The position numbers were made by a program, and so were the translations under genes. Shown here piece by piece: positions 50,962-61,500 of a stretch of DNA of 64,000 bases (position 1 is its first letter; every line of letters starts with the position of its first letter). The notes under the pieces were generated by a model. The model was given only the letters and a program-made list of their open reading frames with translations. It did no database searches and had not been told where the DNA came from. This DNA comes from a virus. The DNA lies in IMG/VR virus record IMGVR_UViG_3300046747_000672, positions 1 through 64,000 of that record. One strand, 5' to 3'.

Positions 50962-51618
50962 TCATGGCCTGATCCTCCGAAACTCGACGACCCACACCCG
51001 CGGGTTCGTCGTCCAGTTTGCGCGATCGCGGTTGATCGAATCCCACAGACACGCGAATGCGCCGCGGTGCGTGCCGCTAAGTTCTCTTGAGAGTTTGCCT
51101 GCGCCATCGAAAACGATGGCCGCATCGGTCCATCTCGCCCCTTCCGCCTGCGCATCCTTCTCGGTGATGTCCTGCAACCGCTCAACTCGAACTCCCGCTA
51201 CCTCCAGTGTGATTCGCGACGCCCACTTGGGCATGTAGAGCGGCGTCACCCAGCCGGCGCTGGCCGCTTTCGGTATCTTCCAATTGTTCGTGACATCGTA
51301 TTCAGAAAAGAAGGAGCACGAGTTGTCTGCGGCGTATTCCACATTGACGTCGGCGCAATCGCATGCATCGGAACCGTGACCATGGGCGATGCTCGGGCGC
51401 CAGGTTTCCTTCACCCAGAGTTTGTCGCCTGACAGGCCGTACCGGTTCCGAATGCGTCGAGTGCCAGTCGACTCATTGGAGTTCGACGCCAGAACGTCGT
51501 CGAACTCCACATCGCGAGCGAGCGGGACAATGCGACGTGTCTGTGTTTTTGCGCCGGACAGGATCGCCAGGACCATGGGCGCAGAGAACAGGATGGGGCG
51601 ATCGGCGGTAGCGCTCAC
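50962..51618 (-). CDS. ASCH/PUA-like conserved phage protein
   Basis: RPILFSAPMV.AIL.G.KTQTRR; MPKWASRITLE...RVERLQDI...DA.AEG; NP.VWVVEF. Confidence 0.8.
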   Translation of the reverse strand: MSATADRPILFSAPMVLAILSGAKTQTRRIVPLARDVEFDDVLASNSNESTGTRRIRNRYGLSGDKLWVKETWRPSIAHGHGSDACDCADVNVEYAADNSCSFFSEYDVTNNWKIPKAASAGWVTPLYMPKWASRITLEVAGVRVERLQDITEKDAQAEGARWTDAAIVFDGAGKLSRELSGTHRGAFACLWDSINRDRANWTTNPRVWVVEFRRIRP

Positions 51619-51705
51619 GGGCCAGCCTCTTCCTGGCAATCGAGGCAGTAGGCGTCCCAATCGGTGCTCACGATTCTCTCCTTCTCCGCTGTACTCGGGA
51701 GGCCA

Positions 51706-53328
51706 TCAGTCCCACCGATCGATCCTGTATTCCAGCCGGACGCCGTTGCCGTCGGTGACTCGCACGTGAACGACATCGTTCGAGCCCTTCTGAAGCATCA
51801 GCCCGCACGCCGACGCGTCATCCTCGCCAGCGATCCGGGCGCCTCGCGAGTACGCTTCGATCGTGGCACGAATGCCGTGAAATTCAGCTCGCATGATCTC
51901 CGGGAACAGTCCAGCTCCAGCCGTCTTCGCACGCGAGTCCTTGGCCCCGTCGATGACGATGACGGCGCCCTCTCCTTGGTGCGTGAACGTGCCTCCAAAC
52001 CACGATGGCGGGCGAAGCGTGATGGCCGTAACTGGCGACCACACGTTGGCGACGAGGCCCCACGAGGCTGCTATCGATCCGCCATTGTAGAGGTACCAGG
52101 AGAACGGGTTTCGTTTCTCCGACGAGTCCCATTGCAGAATGGGCGGCGCCTCCGAATTTGCCGCGGTCACGATCGCGGTGAAATTGCCGGCGTGCGGGAC
52201 GAGGACAGCGATCGTCTTCGCGCCAGCGAGAACCGTCCGCCGAAACTTCTCCCACGTGATCGCTTGCGACGGCACCGCCATCAGCGGCAGCGTCGTGCCT
52301 TCCTTCGGTTTGAGGTGCGAAAAGACGCCGCCTGCCTTGGGCGTCTCAGGAACTGCCGGCCTCCACAGCGCGTCGACCTCTCCGAGCCGCGCGAATCTGC
52401 GCTCAAGCGATCCGGCTGCTTTCAGTTTCTCGATGACCTTTTCTGCCTGCGCGATGTTGCCAGCCGAAGGCGCAGCTTGCGGACGCTGGTACTGGAGCGG
52501 ATGCATCTTGTCCTTGAACCGGCGCGCCACCTCCTCGAACGGCATTCCGGCGGCGATGTCTTCGAGCAGCGTTCCGATCATCGAACTCCGTGGATGGCAG
52601 AATCCAGCAGGCGCTGATGCGATGGCGCGCCACACGATGTTTGCGCGGCGTCCCTTGTGCGTAGCGATCGCGGTGTGCAGGTCAGCCAACCACTTTGCCG
52701 GACCAAGCACCTTCTCACTTCGGTACAGCGCGTCGCTGTTCAGCAGCGAAAGCGCCTGCGCAAGGACAGGCGGCGCAAACTCTTCGAGAGCGCGCTGAAC
52801 ATTTTTGAAGTCCTCCAGCTTCTCCGCCATAGCCTGACCGGCGGTCTGAACGAGGTTCCGGAAGACGTGGTCGGGCGTCGGGCTGACGCTTAGGTGAACC
52901 CAGTCGCCTTTGCGCGATGGCGTGAAATGCTGCCCCAACGTCGGTTCAGACGATAGGAACACGCCAGTTACGATGGCCCGGCGCAGTCTGGCGGTTATCG
53001 CTTCAACCGCCGAAGCGTGGTCGTTGTCAGCGTCGGACATATGCCACGCCGCTGGCGCAGTCGTGCCATTCTCGCCGATCGTCACGAGCCCGCCAACCCG
53101 CTCGACGAAGCGACGACATGCGTTGCAGTTGTGGTACTGGCGCGACGTCGCTGGGAAGCTCCCCAGATATACGTCCCACAAGTCCGGCGTGTCCGTCGTG
53201 AAGACATGTGCCTTTGAAGTGTTGGCAGCGAAGCGCGCGTCGACGCGCTTCAAGAAGTCTGCGTAGCTTGCGTCGGCAGCGTTGCCGGTTTGCGGCGGAG
53301 CGTCGTTGGTTACTGTGATCACTTGCAT
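51706..53328 (-). CDS. Large hypothetical protein with an HNCxxC motif
   Basis: 540-aa ORF; QYHNCNACRRFV, FCHPRSSMIGTLLEDI, NPFSWYLY. Confidence 0.75.
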   Translation of the reverse strand: MQVITVTNDAPPQTGNAADASYADFLKRVDARFAANTSKAHVFTTDTPDLWDVYLGSFPATSRQYHNCNACRRFVERVGGLVTIGENGTTAPAAWHMSDADNDHASAVEAITARLRRAIVTGVFLSSEPTLGQHFTPSRKGDWVHLSVSPTPDHVFRNLVQTAGQAMAEKLEDFKNVQRALEEFAPPVLAQALSLLNSDALYRSEKVLGPAKWLADLHTAIATHKGRRANIVWRAIASAPAGFCHPRSSMIGTLLEDIAAGMPFEEVARRFKDKMHPLQYQRPQAAPSAGNIAQAEKVIEKLKAAGSLERRFARLGEVDALWRPAVPETPKAGGVFSHLKPKEGTTLPLMAVPSQAITWEKFRRTVLAGAKTIAVLVPHAGNFTAIVTAANSEAPPILQWDSSEKRNPFSWYLYNGGSIAASWGLVANVWSPVTAITLRPPSWFGGTFTHQGEGAVIVIDGAKDSRAKTAGAGLFPEIMRAEFHGIRATIEAYSRGARIAGEDDASACGLMLQKGSNDVVHVRVTDGNGVRLEYRIDRWD

Positions 53329-53890
53329 GAGAGTCTCCATGGCAATCGAAGTAGCAAAAAGCACGGCTGGCGCCATCGCCAGGGGCGGCGTGTCGGGACC
53401 AGGCTAAGCATCGAGGACCTCTTTCGTCGCCATCGGCCACCCATCCAGTTCTCGCGCCTTCGCCCTGTACAGCGGCCCGCTGCCCTTGCGCGTGCAGTCA
53501 ATCTCCTCGCTGTCGCGCAGCCGCCACAGCGCCCGCTCGAGCTCGCCGCGGTTGAACCGGATCTGAAGCTTCGTCCACACGTCGTCGAGTGACCACGCGC
53601 GCGTCGGCGACGACTCCAGCAGCGCGACCACGGCGGCCCGACACGCCTTGGCGCGCTGCACCGGACCGCGGGTCGACGGGAAGCCTTGGCTGCTCATGAT
53701 TCCTCCGCGATGACGCAGAGCACGTCGTGCGGGTCGCATTGAAAGAGTCGTGCTGCTTCCCGCCGAGCATCGATAAACATTCTGGTCTTGACGGTCACAA
53801 CCTCGTCCGGCGAGCCCTTACGGCGGCAGCGCCAAAGGACGGGCGTCGCGTTCGGGTGGCCGATGCGCGGGTCTTCGATGGCGCCGTGTT

Positions 53891-54256
53891 TCATTGCTGA
53901 GCTCGCTGCGGGACGGCGACGACCGCCCACGGCTTGGGCGTCTTGCAACCGGAGATTGGATACGTGCGCTCTGGCTCGCAGCCGTGCCCCTTCTCGACGG
54001 CAAATGCGCCAGGGGCACCGCACAGAAGCTGCTCCTTCTGATCGCCAAAGTTGACGTCGCATGTGACGTAGCCGTCGCCATCTGAGTCCGTTGTGGCGCA
54101 GGCGAGGCCCATGGGCCTGTAACCCATCTTGTCGAGCCATTCTCTCGCCGACTGCTCCGGCGCCGCTCGATTGCGGTTCGCTTTGTCGTCGCAGGCGGCT
54201 GCGCAAACGAACGCGAACGCCATCATCCAGAAAAGCCACTTCTGCACGCTCATCAT
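53891..54256 (-). CDS. Lipoprotein
   Basis: Hydrophobic signal ending AAA-C; DSDGDGYVTC; AAGGAG RBS. Confidence 0.65.
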   Translation of the reverse strand: MMSVQKWLFWMMAFAFVCAAACDDKANRNRAAPEQSAREWLDKMGYRPMGLACATTDSDGDGYVTCDVNFGDQKEQLLCGAPGAFAVEKGHGCEPERTYPISGCKTPKPWAVVAVPQRAQQ

Positions 54257-54461
54257 TTCGTCAGCTCCTTTTCAAAAGCCCTTGAACACAGCACGCACCG
54301 ATTCACGGGCTTATCCACGAGCCTCCCGGTCACGCTGAGACCGCACAGCGGCGGCGACTGGAAGCGCAGCGGCTTCTGCTCGGACCACCGCGCGGGCTCG
54401 ATGGCGGCAAGGAGATGCGCGACCGGCAGAAGCGGCGTGGGGACGGGGACGAACCAGCGGG

Positions 54462-54956
54462 TCATGGTGCGCTCACGGCTGCCGCCGCCTCGTCGATCAC
54501 GTCCTGATACGGAAGCCACATCCGCACGATCTGAGCTTTCGTTACGTCGCTGTCGCAGCCATTCGATTTGTGCTGCTGCGTCGGCTTCAGCATCCGGCAC
54601 TCATACGGGCGATCGTCGTGCGCCATGGAGCATCCGGTCGTGGTCCACTGGACGCACTGACCGCCCCAGCTTGGATCGCGGAGTCGCCGCCCCGTGACGG
54701 TCGCAGGCCGAACGTATTCGGTCTGGCAAAGAACAGGGTCGGCGAGCTCTTCGCCAAGCGCCGTTCGCACGTCACCTTCCCACCAGTCGATGGCGTACTT
54801 GCCGCTCGCGAAGGCCTTTGCCAGCGCCGCCACAATCTGGCTTCGGTCGCTCCCCCAGTCTTCCGGTCGCGTGAGTCCAGGCATCGACTTGCAACACGCG
54901 CCGCCGCAAGCGCTGCACAGATCGGCGTCGACGTACATGGGGAGCTTCGCGCTCAT
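54462..54956 (-). CDS. YkgJ-like CxxCxxxCC metal-cluster protein
   Basis: CSACGGACC...C.....GCS...DRP.ECR. Confidence 0.75.
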   Translation of the reverse strand: MSAKLPMYVDADLCSACGGACCKSMPGLTRPEDWGSDRSQIVAALAKAFASGKYAIDWWEGDVRTALGEELADPVLCQTEYVRPATVTGRRLRDPSWGGQCVQWTTTGCSMAHDDRPYECRMLKPTQQHKSNGCDSDVTKAQIVRMWLPYQDVIDEAAAAVSAP

Positions 54957-55369
54957 TCGGCGCTCGCCCGGATTGAGAAGCCGCCGTAGTAGCCGTTGTG
55001 CTCGTTGTGAGACGACACGACGAACTCGCCCTTGCTCGTCTTCACGGCGAGGAACTGCACCTCGTGCGCATCGCACCCGTCCGCCGCGTCCGGAGCTTCG
55101 CGCAGTTCTATCCCGACGAGCGTCGCCCCGACGTAGTCGGCCAGCGTGTCATCGGTCCGCATGTAGCGGTTCTCGCAGCACGACTGGCCGTCGTCCCACA
55201 GCTTCAGCGTTGACCCATCGTCGAACGCGAAGCGGAGGACGTCATCCTTGTCGTCCAATACGACGCCGACGATCGTCTTTCCGATAGCTGCACTCACGGC
55301 GTCAAAGGTTTCCTTGCCGCTGTCGAGCATGTTGAGCATCACGTTCATCCCTAGATTCACGAACTTCAT
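54953..55369 (-). CDS. Conserved hypothetical phage protein
   Basis: QSCCE and NGYYGG motifs; GGAG RBS. Confidence 0.65.
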   Translation of the reverse strand: MKFVNLGMNVMLNMLDSGKETFDAVSAAIGKTIVGVVLDDKDDVLRFAFDDGSTLKLWDDGQSCCENRYMRTDDTLADYVGATLVGIELREAPDAADGCDAHEVQFLAVKTSKGEFVVSSHNEHNGYYGGFSIRASAE

Positions 55370-55968
55370 GCCCGTTTCTCCGTTCTCGTCGGCAGCCGCT
55401 GCCGCGCTGCGTCTCGCCTGGCCATCACTGCACCCTCCGCGGCACCACGCACACATCCTTCGCCCCCGAATCCGGAGCCGCCCACGGCGCGCCGGCCGCT
55501 GGATCCTGGTCCAGCACGATGGCCTCTACGCCCACGTCATGCCCGCGGTACGGCGCCACGAGCTCCTCCAGCGCCTCCCACGAGTGCACGACGGCGAACG
55601 AGACCCGCGCGCGCTCGCGGTCGTTGAAGCGCACGAGGAGTTCGGCTGGGCCCGACGGGAGCTCCGGCGCGACGTTGGCGGCGCACGAGATGACGAGGGC
55701 GAGGAGGATGAGGAGGCGGTTCATGGGTTGGTTCCGTCTGGGTTCACGAAGCGGAGAAGGCCGAGTCGTCCGGCGATTCGAATCAGGTTGGTCGAACGTC
55801 GTTCGAAGAAGCCACGGCAGCAGACGTCTTTGTCGTCCGCCTTGTGGCAGATGAAGTGGACGCCGCGCCGTGCGCAATCGCGCAGCACATCCTTCGCGCG
55901 CGCCGCGCTGACGATGCGCCTCTTGGAGAAGAGGCACTGGTCGCATTGCTTGTGCATGACGAGGAAGC

Positions 55969-56691
55969 TCATGCGGCGGCCTCAAGAATTTGGCGAATCA
56001 CTTCGCCGACGACTTGCGCCGCCTGCGGAACGACGGCATCTCCGAGAGAGGCAACTCGGTCCACCCGATGGGGAATCCCATGAACTGCTCGCACCAAGTC
56101 GGGCTCAATGCCCCACGAAAAAGCTCCGACAGCCGAGGACCTCGACCTCGGGTCCGGCGTAGTTCCTCCGCTCGGCTGAAGTAACCTCGCGTTGCATCGC
56201 TTTTGATGAGCGTGGGCAACAACGAAGACGCGGTTCCGGAGATGAGCCGCGCCGACGTCTCTGGCGGCAATCCCCATGGCGCGCGTTCGATATCCCAGTT
56301 GATGCAAATGGGTCCGCACCGCACACAGCCATCGATTGCGCCCGACTGCGACGTTTTCGATGACGACCCACGGCGGGCGCTTTTGCTCGACGAGCCTTGC
56401 GAAGTACCTCCACAGTCCCGACCGCTCCCCTCGGACAATGCCGACGTTCTTGCCCGCCGCCGATACGTCCTGGCACGGGAATCCGCCGCAGATGAGATCC
56501 ACGTCATGAAGTTGGGCAGCACGCACTGTCTCGACATCGCTCCACCTCGGCACGTCGGGCCAGTGCTTCGCGAGCACGCTTCGCCGGAATTCATCCCTCT
56601 CGACCTGCCAAAGCACAGGACCGAGCCCTGCCCACTCGAGGCCGAGCTCTAGCCCGCCGATCCCGCTGAACAGCGAACCAATCGTCAGCAT
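55969..56691 (-). CDS. dcm: DNA (cytosine-5) methyltransferase, alpha-like subunit
   Basis: SLFSGIGG (I), GGFPCQD (IV), ENV (VI), HLRNRVF (VIII), LGDAVVP (X); no motif IX in frame. Confidence 0.88.
   Translation of the reverse strand: MLTIGSLFSGIGGLELGLEWAGLGPVLWQVERDEFRRSVLAKHWPDVPRWSDVETVRAAQLHDVDLICGGFPCQDVSAAGKNVGIVRGERSGLWRYFARLVEQKRPPWVVIENVAVGRNRWLCAVRTHLHQLGYRTRAMGIAARDVGAAHLRNRVFVVAHAHQKRCNARLLQPSGGTTPDPRSRSSAVGAFSWGIEPDLVRAVHGIPHRVDRVASLGDAVVPQAAQVVGEVIRQILEAAA
55998..56594 (-). CDS. Overprinted beta-like subunit of the C5 methyltransferase; start uncertain
   Basis: Alternative frame nested in dcm ends LLPT...LSPTWCEQFMGFPIGWTEL, i.e. motif IX. Confidence 0.7.
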   Translation of the reverse strand: MNSGEACSRSTGPTCRGGAMSRQCVLPNFMTWISSAADSRARTYRRRARTSALSEGSGRDCGGTSQGSSSKSARRGSSSKTSQSGAIDGCVRCGPICINWDIERAPWGLPPETSARLISGTASSLLPTLIKSDATRGYFSRAEELRRTRGRGPRLSELFRGALSPTWCEQFMGFPIGWTELPLSEMPSFRRRRKSSAK

Positions 56692-56843
56692 CACTGCACA
56701 TCCCTCATCGCCCGCCACGCAGCGCGGAACGACCAGAACACGAACCTATCGACAGGTGGCACCCGCCGCACGCACGCCAGGATGGCGCACGGCGGCAGGT
56801 CGAGTTCGAGCGCGAGAAGGACGAGGTCGGCGGCGGGCATGAC

Positions 56844-57725
56844 CTACTCGATGTCCTGGCGATCGTCGCTGCCCGACAGCGGCTCTTGCTTCTTTGGCCG
56901 TTGCACTTTCTGCGTCGCAGGCTCCGCTGCAACCGGAGTCGCGAGCAGCGTCGCCTCGAGCTCCCTCGGGCTGCCAGGTACCAGCGCTGCCGGCGTCGTG
57001 ACGTCAGACAGCACTGTGCCCGTGGTGTCGACGATCTCTTCCGACGTCGACATGCCGAGCGACAACTCCGGAGCGAAGACGCGCGTCCAGAAGCCGCCGG
57101 AGCGGTACATGAGCATCAGTTCGGGCATCGTCTTCCACTTCGACCCGTTTCTCGAGTACCACCCCTCCGCTTTCGCCATCGCGATCGTGACGAGCGGCCC
57201 GACGCACTCCTCGCCCGACTCGCGATCCTTCGCCACGGCACGGCACCCCCATTCGTCGGTGCCCTCCTTGCCCTGCCATCGGAAGCGAATCGGCGAGAAC
57301 CGTCCGCTGCTGTTGACGGTCCCGATCAAAAACTGCGATCGCCACCCGGGGCGCCCGTGGATGATGTCCAGGTTGGTCATCACCATCAGAACCGACGCGC
57401 CGACGCGGCTCGCCATCTCGATGGCGATGAGGCAGTTCGGGATGTTGTTCTGGTACTGCGTCGGGACCATCGTGCTCGCCGACAGCGCATTCGCCATGCG
57501 GTAGGCACCCTTGAAGTTGGCTTCGCTGGCGAACGCGTTCAACGCGCGCTGCGCCTCGTCGCCCGTCGGCGGGGCCATCATCGCGACATGCGCGGCGGCG
57601 CCCGCCTGAGCGGAAGCCGAAGCCGGAACGGGCGCTTGGACGCCTACGTCAGCCATCCCGTTCGATGAGACGGAAGGCTTCGGAGCCTCCGCCGGAAGTC
57701 CTTGCGATTGAGTCACGTCGATCAT
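56844..57725 (-). CDS. RecT-like single-strand annealing protein; start uncertain
   Basis: VPTQYQNN..NCLIAIEMA; MAKAEGW...GSKWKTMPELML.YR; adjacent to the exonuclease. Confidence 0.8.
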   Translation of the reverse strand: MIDVTQSQGLPAEAPKPSVSSNGMADVGVQAPVPASASAQAGAAAHVAMMAPPTGDEAQRALNAFASEANFKGAYRMANALSASTMVPTQYQNNIPNCLIAIEMASRVGASVLMVMTNLDIIHGRPGWRSQFLIGTVNSSGRFSPIRFRWQGKEGTDEWGCRAVAKDRESGEECVGPLVTIAMAKAEGWYSRNGSKWKTMPELMLMYRSGGFWTRVFAPELSLGMSTSEEIVDTTGTVLSDVTTPAALVPGSPRELEATLLATPVAAEPATQKVQRPKKQEPLSGSDDRQDIE

Positions 57726-57730
57726 TCCTT

Positions 57731-58561
57731 TCATGCCCACGGGGGCAGTACGACTGTCTGTATCTCGACCGGATACGCCGGCCACGAATCCTTCGCGAGG
57801 CAATCGGCGAGCGTCGTCATGTGGCGCTGCACATGGGTGTACCCGCGCCCGATCCCCTCCGCCTCGAGCGTGTGAATTGCCACCGCGTACGGCGGCGTCT
57901 TCTCGACCGCGCCGAACATGAAGTACTTGACCGCAGCGCCGAGCGCGCCGTACCCGGCTCGGTAGAGAGCGTCCTGCCAGTGGTACCTGTAGCGGACGAT
58001 CTCCTTCGCAAAGGAGTCCTTGCTGGCATCCTCGGTCGACTTGACGTCCAGGACCATGCCGAGCCGCTCGACGTAGTAGTCCGAGCGACTCTTGCACGTC
58101 AGCCCGGTTGCGGCGTCTTTCCACACGAGCGTGAGTTCGGACTTGCCGTCAACAACCATTCTGCCGGCGAGCGGGTGGCGGCGAAACGCGTCGACCATGC
58201 CAGCGATCGCGTCGCTGTCTTCCGCCGAGAGAAGCTCGCTGCCGGCGTGGGCACCGCGCCATTCGGCGCGCGCCTTCTTGTTGTCGGTCTTGCGGCAATC
58301 GCCGAACTCGGGTTCCACGGTGAACGCGCCTTCGAACAGGTGGGGCTCGAGCAGCGCGCAGTGGAACGCTCGCCCGAACGAGAGCGCCGGCCCTGTCTTC
58401 TCCGGCGAGACGCCGTCGATGTACGCCTTGTAGTGCGCCGGCGTTTGGCTGACGCGCTCCAGCGCGGACTTGCTCACCACGCCGAGCTTCCGCTTCAGGT
58501 AGACGTGCGCCGGAATGTTCGGGTGAACGCCGGGAGGCAATTCGTGAACGGGCAGGTTCAC
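57731..58561 (-). CDS. Exonuclease VIII/RecE-like PD-(D/E)XK nuclease (DUF3799-like)
   Basis: SKSAL...PAHY, FGRAFH..LLEP, CKSRSD...DVKST, Y.YHWQ.A.Y, VEK.PPY. Confidence 0.9.
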   Translation of the reverse strand: MNLPVHELPPGVHPNIPAHVYLKRKLGVVSKSALERVSQTPAHYKAYIDGVSPEKTGPALSFGRAFHCALLEPHLFEGAFTVEPEFGDCRKTDNKKARAEWRGAHAGSELLSAEDSDAIAGMVDAFRRHPLAGRMVVDGKSELTLVWKDAATGLTCKSRSDYYVERLGMVLDVKSTEDASKDSFAKEIVRYRYHWQDALYRAGYGALGAAVKYFMFGAVEKTPPYAVAIHTLEAEGIGRGYTHVQRHMTTLADCLAKDSWPAYPVEIQTVVLPPWA

Positions 58562-61500
58562 CGCTTCCCCGCCTTCAGCCGCACGACCTTCCCATCGCCG
58601 CCCTCGAGCGCCTCACGAAGCGCCACCGACTCCTTGCTCGCCGGGTGCATCTGCGTCTTCAGCGCCATCTCGCATGCCGCGCGAAGCCGCCTGCGCTCGT
58701 CGTCGAGCGTTGCCGCCAGTTCCCGCTGCTCCTCGTGGACCGCCGCCAAGACCTCGCCTAGCGCGCCGTGGAGCCACGCCGCCTGGTCGTGCGTCAGGAC
58801 GAAGATACGGCGCTCTGTCACCTTGCCGGTTGGAGCGCGACTCGTCAGTTCCTCTTCGCCAATCTCGTAGAGTTCGTTGACGCCGCGGCGGACGACCGTG
58901 CGGAAGAGAGGGTCTTTCGGGTCGGTGCTGAGGCGTACGCGTTCGATGTCTTTGGGTTTCACGGAATGATTCCCTTCAGGCAGTACAGCCGAATCTTCTC
59001 GACGCTGTCGCCGCGCTGCTTGGCGAGCTCGATCGCGAAGTCGCGCCGATCCTCGCGACGGTCGCGTCTCGGATTGCCTTTGCCACGGGCGCGTCTGGTT
59101 CTCGAATGGAGCATCTCACGCCACCTTCCCGAGCCGCTGCCCCACCACGCGCATCCACTCGTCGGCGGGCATGTCGCTCGTCGACGACGGCGGCAGTCCG
59201 GTGATCTGGAGCAGCCACGCGACGAAGTCGTCGAACGACGGGCGAGGCGGAATGAGGCTGTTGCGGATGTGCACGGGTTGTCGGGTTCGGTTCATGTTGG
59301 TCTCTTGATTGGAGAATGGGTGGTCGTCTCATCGACTCCATGCAGGACCGTCGGCACGCGTCTCGTCGTTTCGGTCCACTTGGTGGTCGAAGCCAACGGT
59401 CCTGCTTGCAATCGATGATTGTAACGCATTGCTCATTGTCCGTCGAGTATTGCCAACGCCTCCGCTTCCTTCAGCGCGACCATGACGTCGCCCCAGGTTC
59501 GCTCGGGCGCGTCGTGCCAGAGGACAATCGGCTGCACTCCGACGGCGCGCTCCAAGTAGTCGTATGCGGCATAGAACAGGCCGTAGGCCGGTGTCGCGGA
59601 GCTTGCTTCGTCGGCTGCCGACGCTTGATTGGTGACGTGAACAAGCGCCGCCGTCGCAGTCCACCGCGTGACGCGGTCTTCCGTCGAGTACCGTGCCCAC
59701 TTCTCCGGCGCGTCGATGAGGGCGCGCGCCGCCGCCAGCGCTTCACTCGGCTTCATCGTCGTACTCCCGAAGTTGCCGCCGAAGGTCGTCGGCGAAGCGC
59801 TCCTCGTCGCGGACGTGCGAGTAGATGGCGTAGTTCCAGACGGAAAATATGAACGCCGCGAACGTTACGCCGATGCTGCAGGCCAATGCGACCGTGTCGG
59901 TGGCGCTCATCGCCTCGCTCCTCGCGCCACGTCCCAGCACACATTTTCGTGAAACCAATTGCCCATGTCGTCCGTGCGCCCGCCCGTTTTGACGTAACCA
60001 GAGCAATGGGCGCAAAGCGGATAGTCCCGCGTCGGCACGTCGCTCGCGCGCCGCGGAATCAGATGCCCCGGCGGAATCGACTGCGCGATCCTGCGCGCCG
60101 AGTTGAAGGCGGCGGCGGCCGGCGGCAGCGACGCGCGGCGACCGTTCACGATGCGGCTCAACCGCTCCGCCGACGAGCCGAGATGGCGCGCCGTCGCAAG
60201 GAGGTCCGCGCTGACGCGTTCGCGCGGCCCGTTGGCAGGCGGCGACGACTTGATGCGCGTCGTGGACACCGGCGGCATGTCGTCGGCGGGAGGCTTCGGG
60301 AGGCGATGGATCATGAATCGATATCCGTTGTGAGAGGGAAGAGAACCGCGTTGAGTTGCACTCTGTAGGCTCCGCCACGCTGCGTCGTGATGCGGTAGAC
60401 CGGCACCGCGAGGTGCTCCGTCGGCAGTTCGAACAGGAAGGTCGTTTCGATGGCGCCGTCGCCTAGGTCGACGCTCGCCTCTCGCAGGCCTCGGTCTCGG
60501 TACTCGGCGGTCTTCGCCATCGTGTCGACGAGCGAGACGTCGCGCCACACGGCATCGGCGACTTTGGTCACGGGGACACCGCGCCATCGACGAACTCGAC
60601 TTCGACGCCGTCCACGGCGAATCGCTCGGTCAGCCGCTTCTCTCGCGTGGCATCGTCGATCCCATCGTCGTCGTTAATGTTGGAGATGTCGTACTGTCGC
60701 GACCCTCCATTCCAGAAGACCCATGCCGGCCACCGCGGGTCCCCCTTCGTGAGCGAGCATTCGATGCTGACAGGATACTGCTGGCTCTTGAGCCGCTCCG
60801 GCGCCACGCCGCACGCCTCGCCGAGGAAGCCAAGGACGCAACACTTTCCTTCGCTGTTGCGCAAGACGCCGACGCCATCGCCGACTCCGCGCGCCCACTT
60901 CGACCTGTCGATTACGAGTTTCACGTTGCCACCCTCTTGCTGCTTGCCAGCAGCCGCTCGAAAACCGCCAGCCGTTTCTTCGCTCGAACGTCCGAGCGCT
61001 TGCATCCGATGTACGCGACCAACGCTCGCCGAATCGTGCCCGTCCGTCGTCGCAGCGTGACGAGCGCGCGCGCAGCAAGCGACTGCGCCAGCGTGTTCGA
61101 CGCGCACACCTCGGCGGGCGCGTAGCCGTTCAGCCAATGACGATGGAGCTGCGGCGCCGCGAATGCTTCGCCGTTGTCGCACTCGTAGCTGCGGCAATGG
61201 CAGCGCTCGATGCGCTCCTCGAACCGCGATTCCTCGAAGTGGACGGCGACGAGCCCGAGCATGAGTTCGGTGTCATCGGCGGCGGCGACAGCGATGTCCG
61301 CCGCGTACCTGTCACGTTGCTCCGCGCCCAGGGTCGGGGCGAGCGTCGAGATCAACATCGCTACGACGGTCGCTTCGATCATCGTCCCTCCATCGTCTCC
61401 GACTCGAACACCGCGCGCATCGCCCGAAGCCTCTCGGGCATGTCGAGCAGCGCCCGCGCGGCCCAGTCGGAGCCGTTCACGTTGGCCGCCAAGTACTCGC

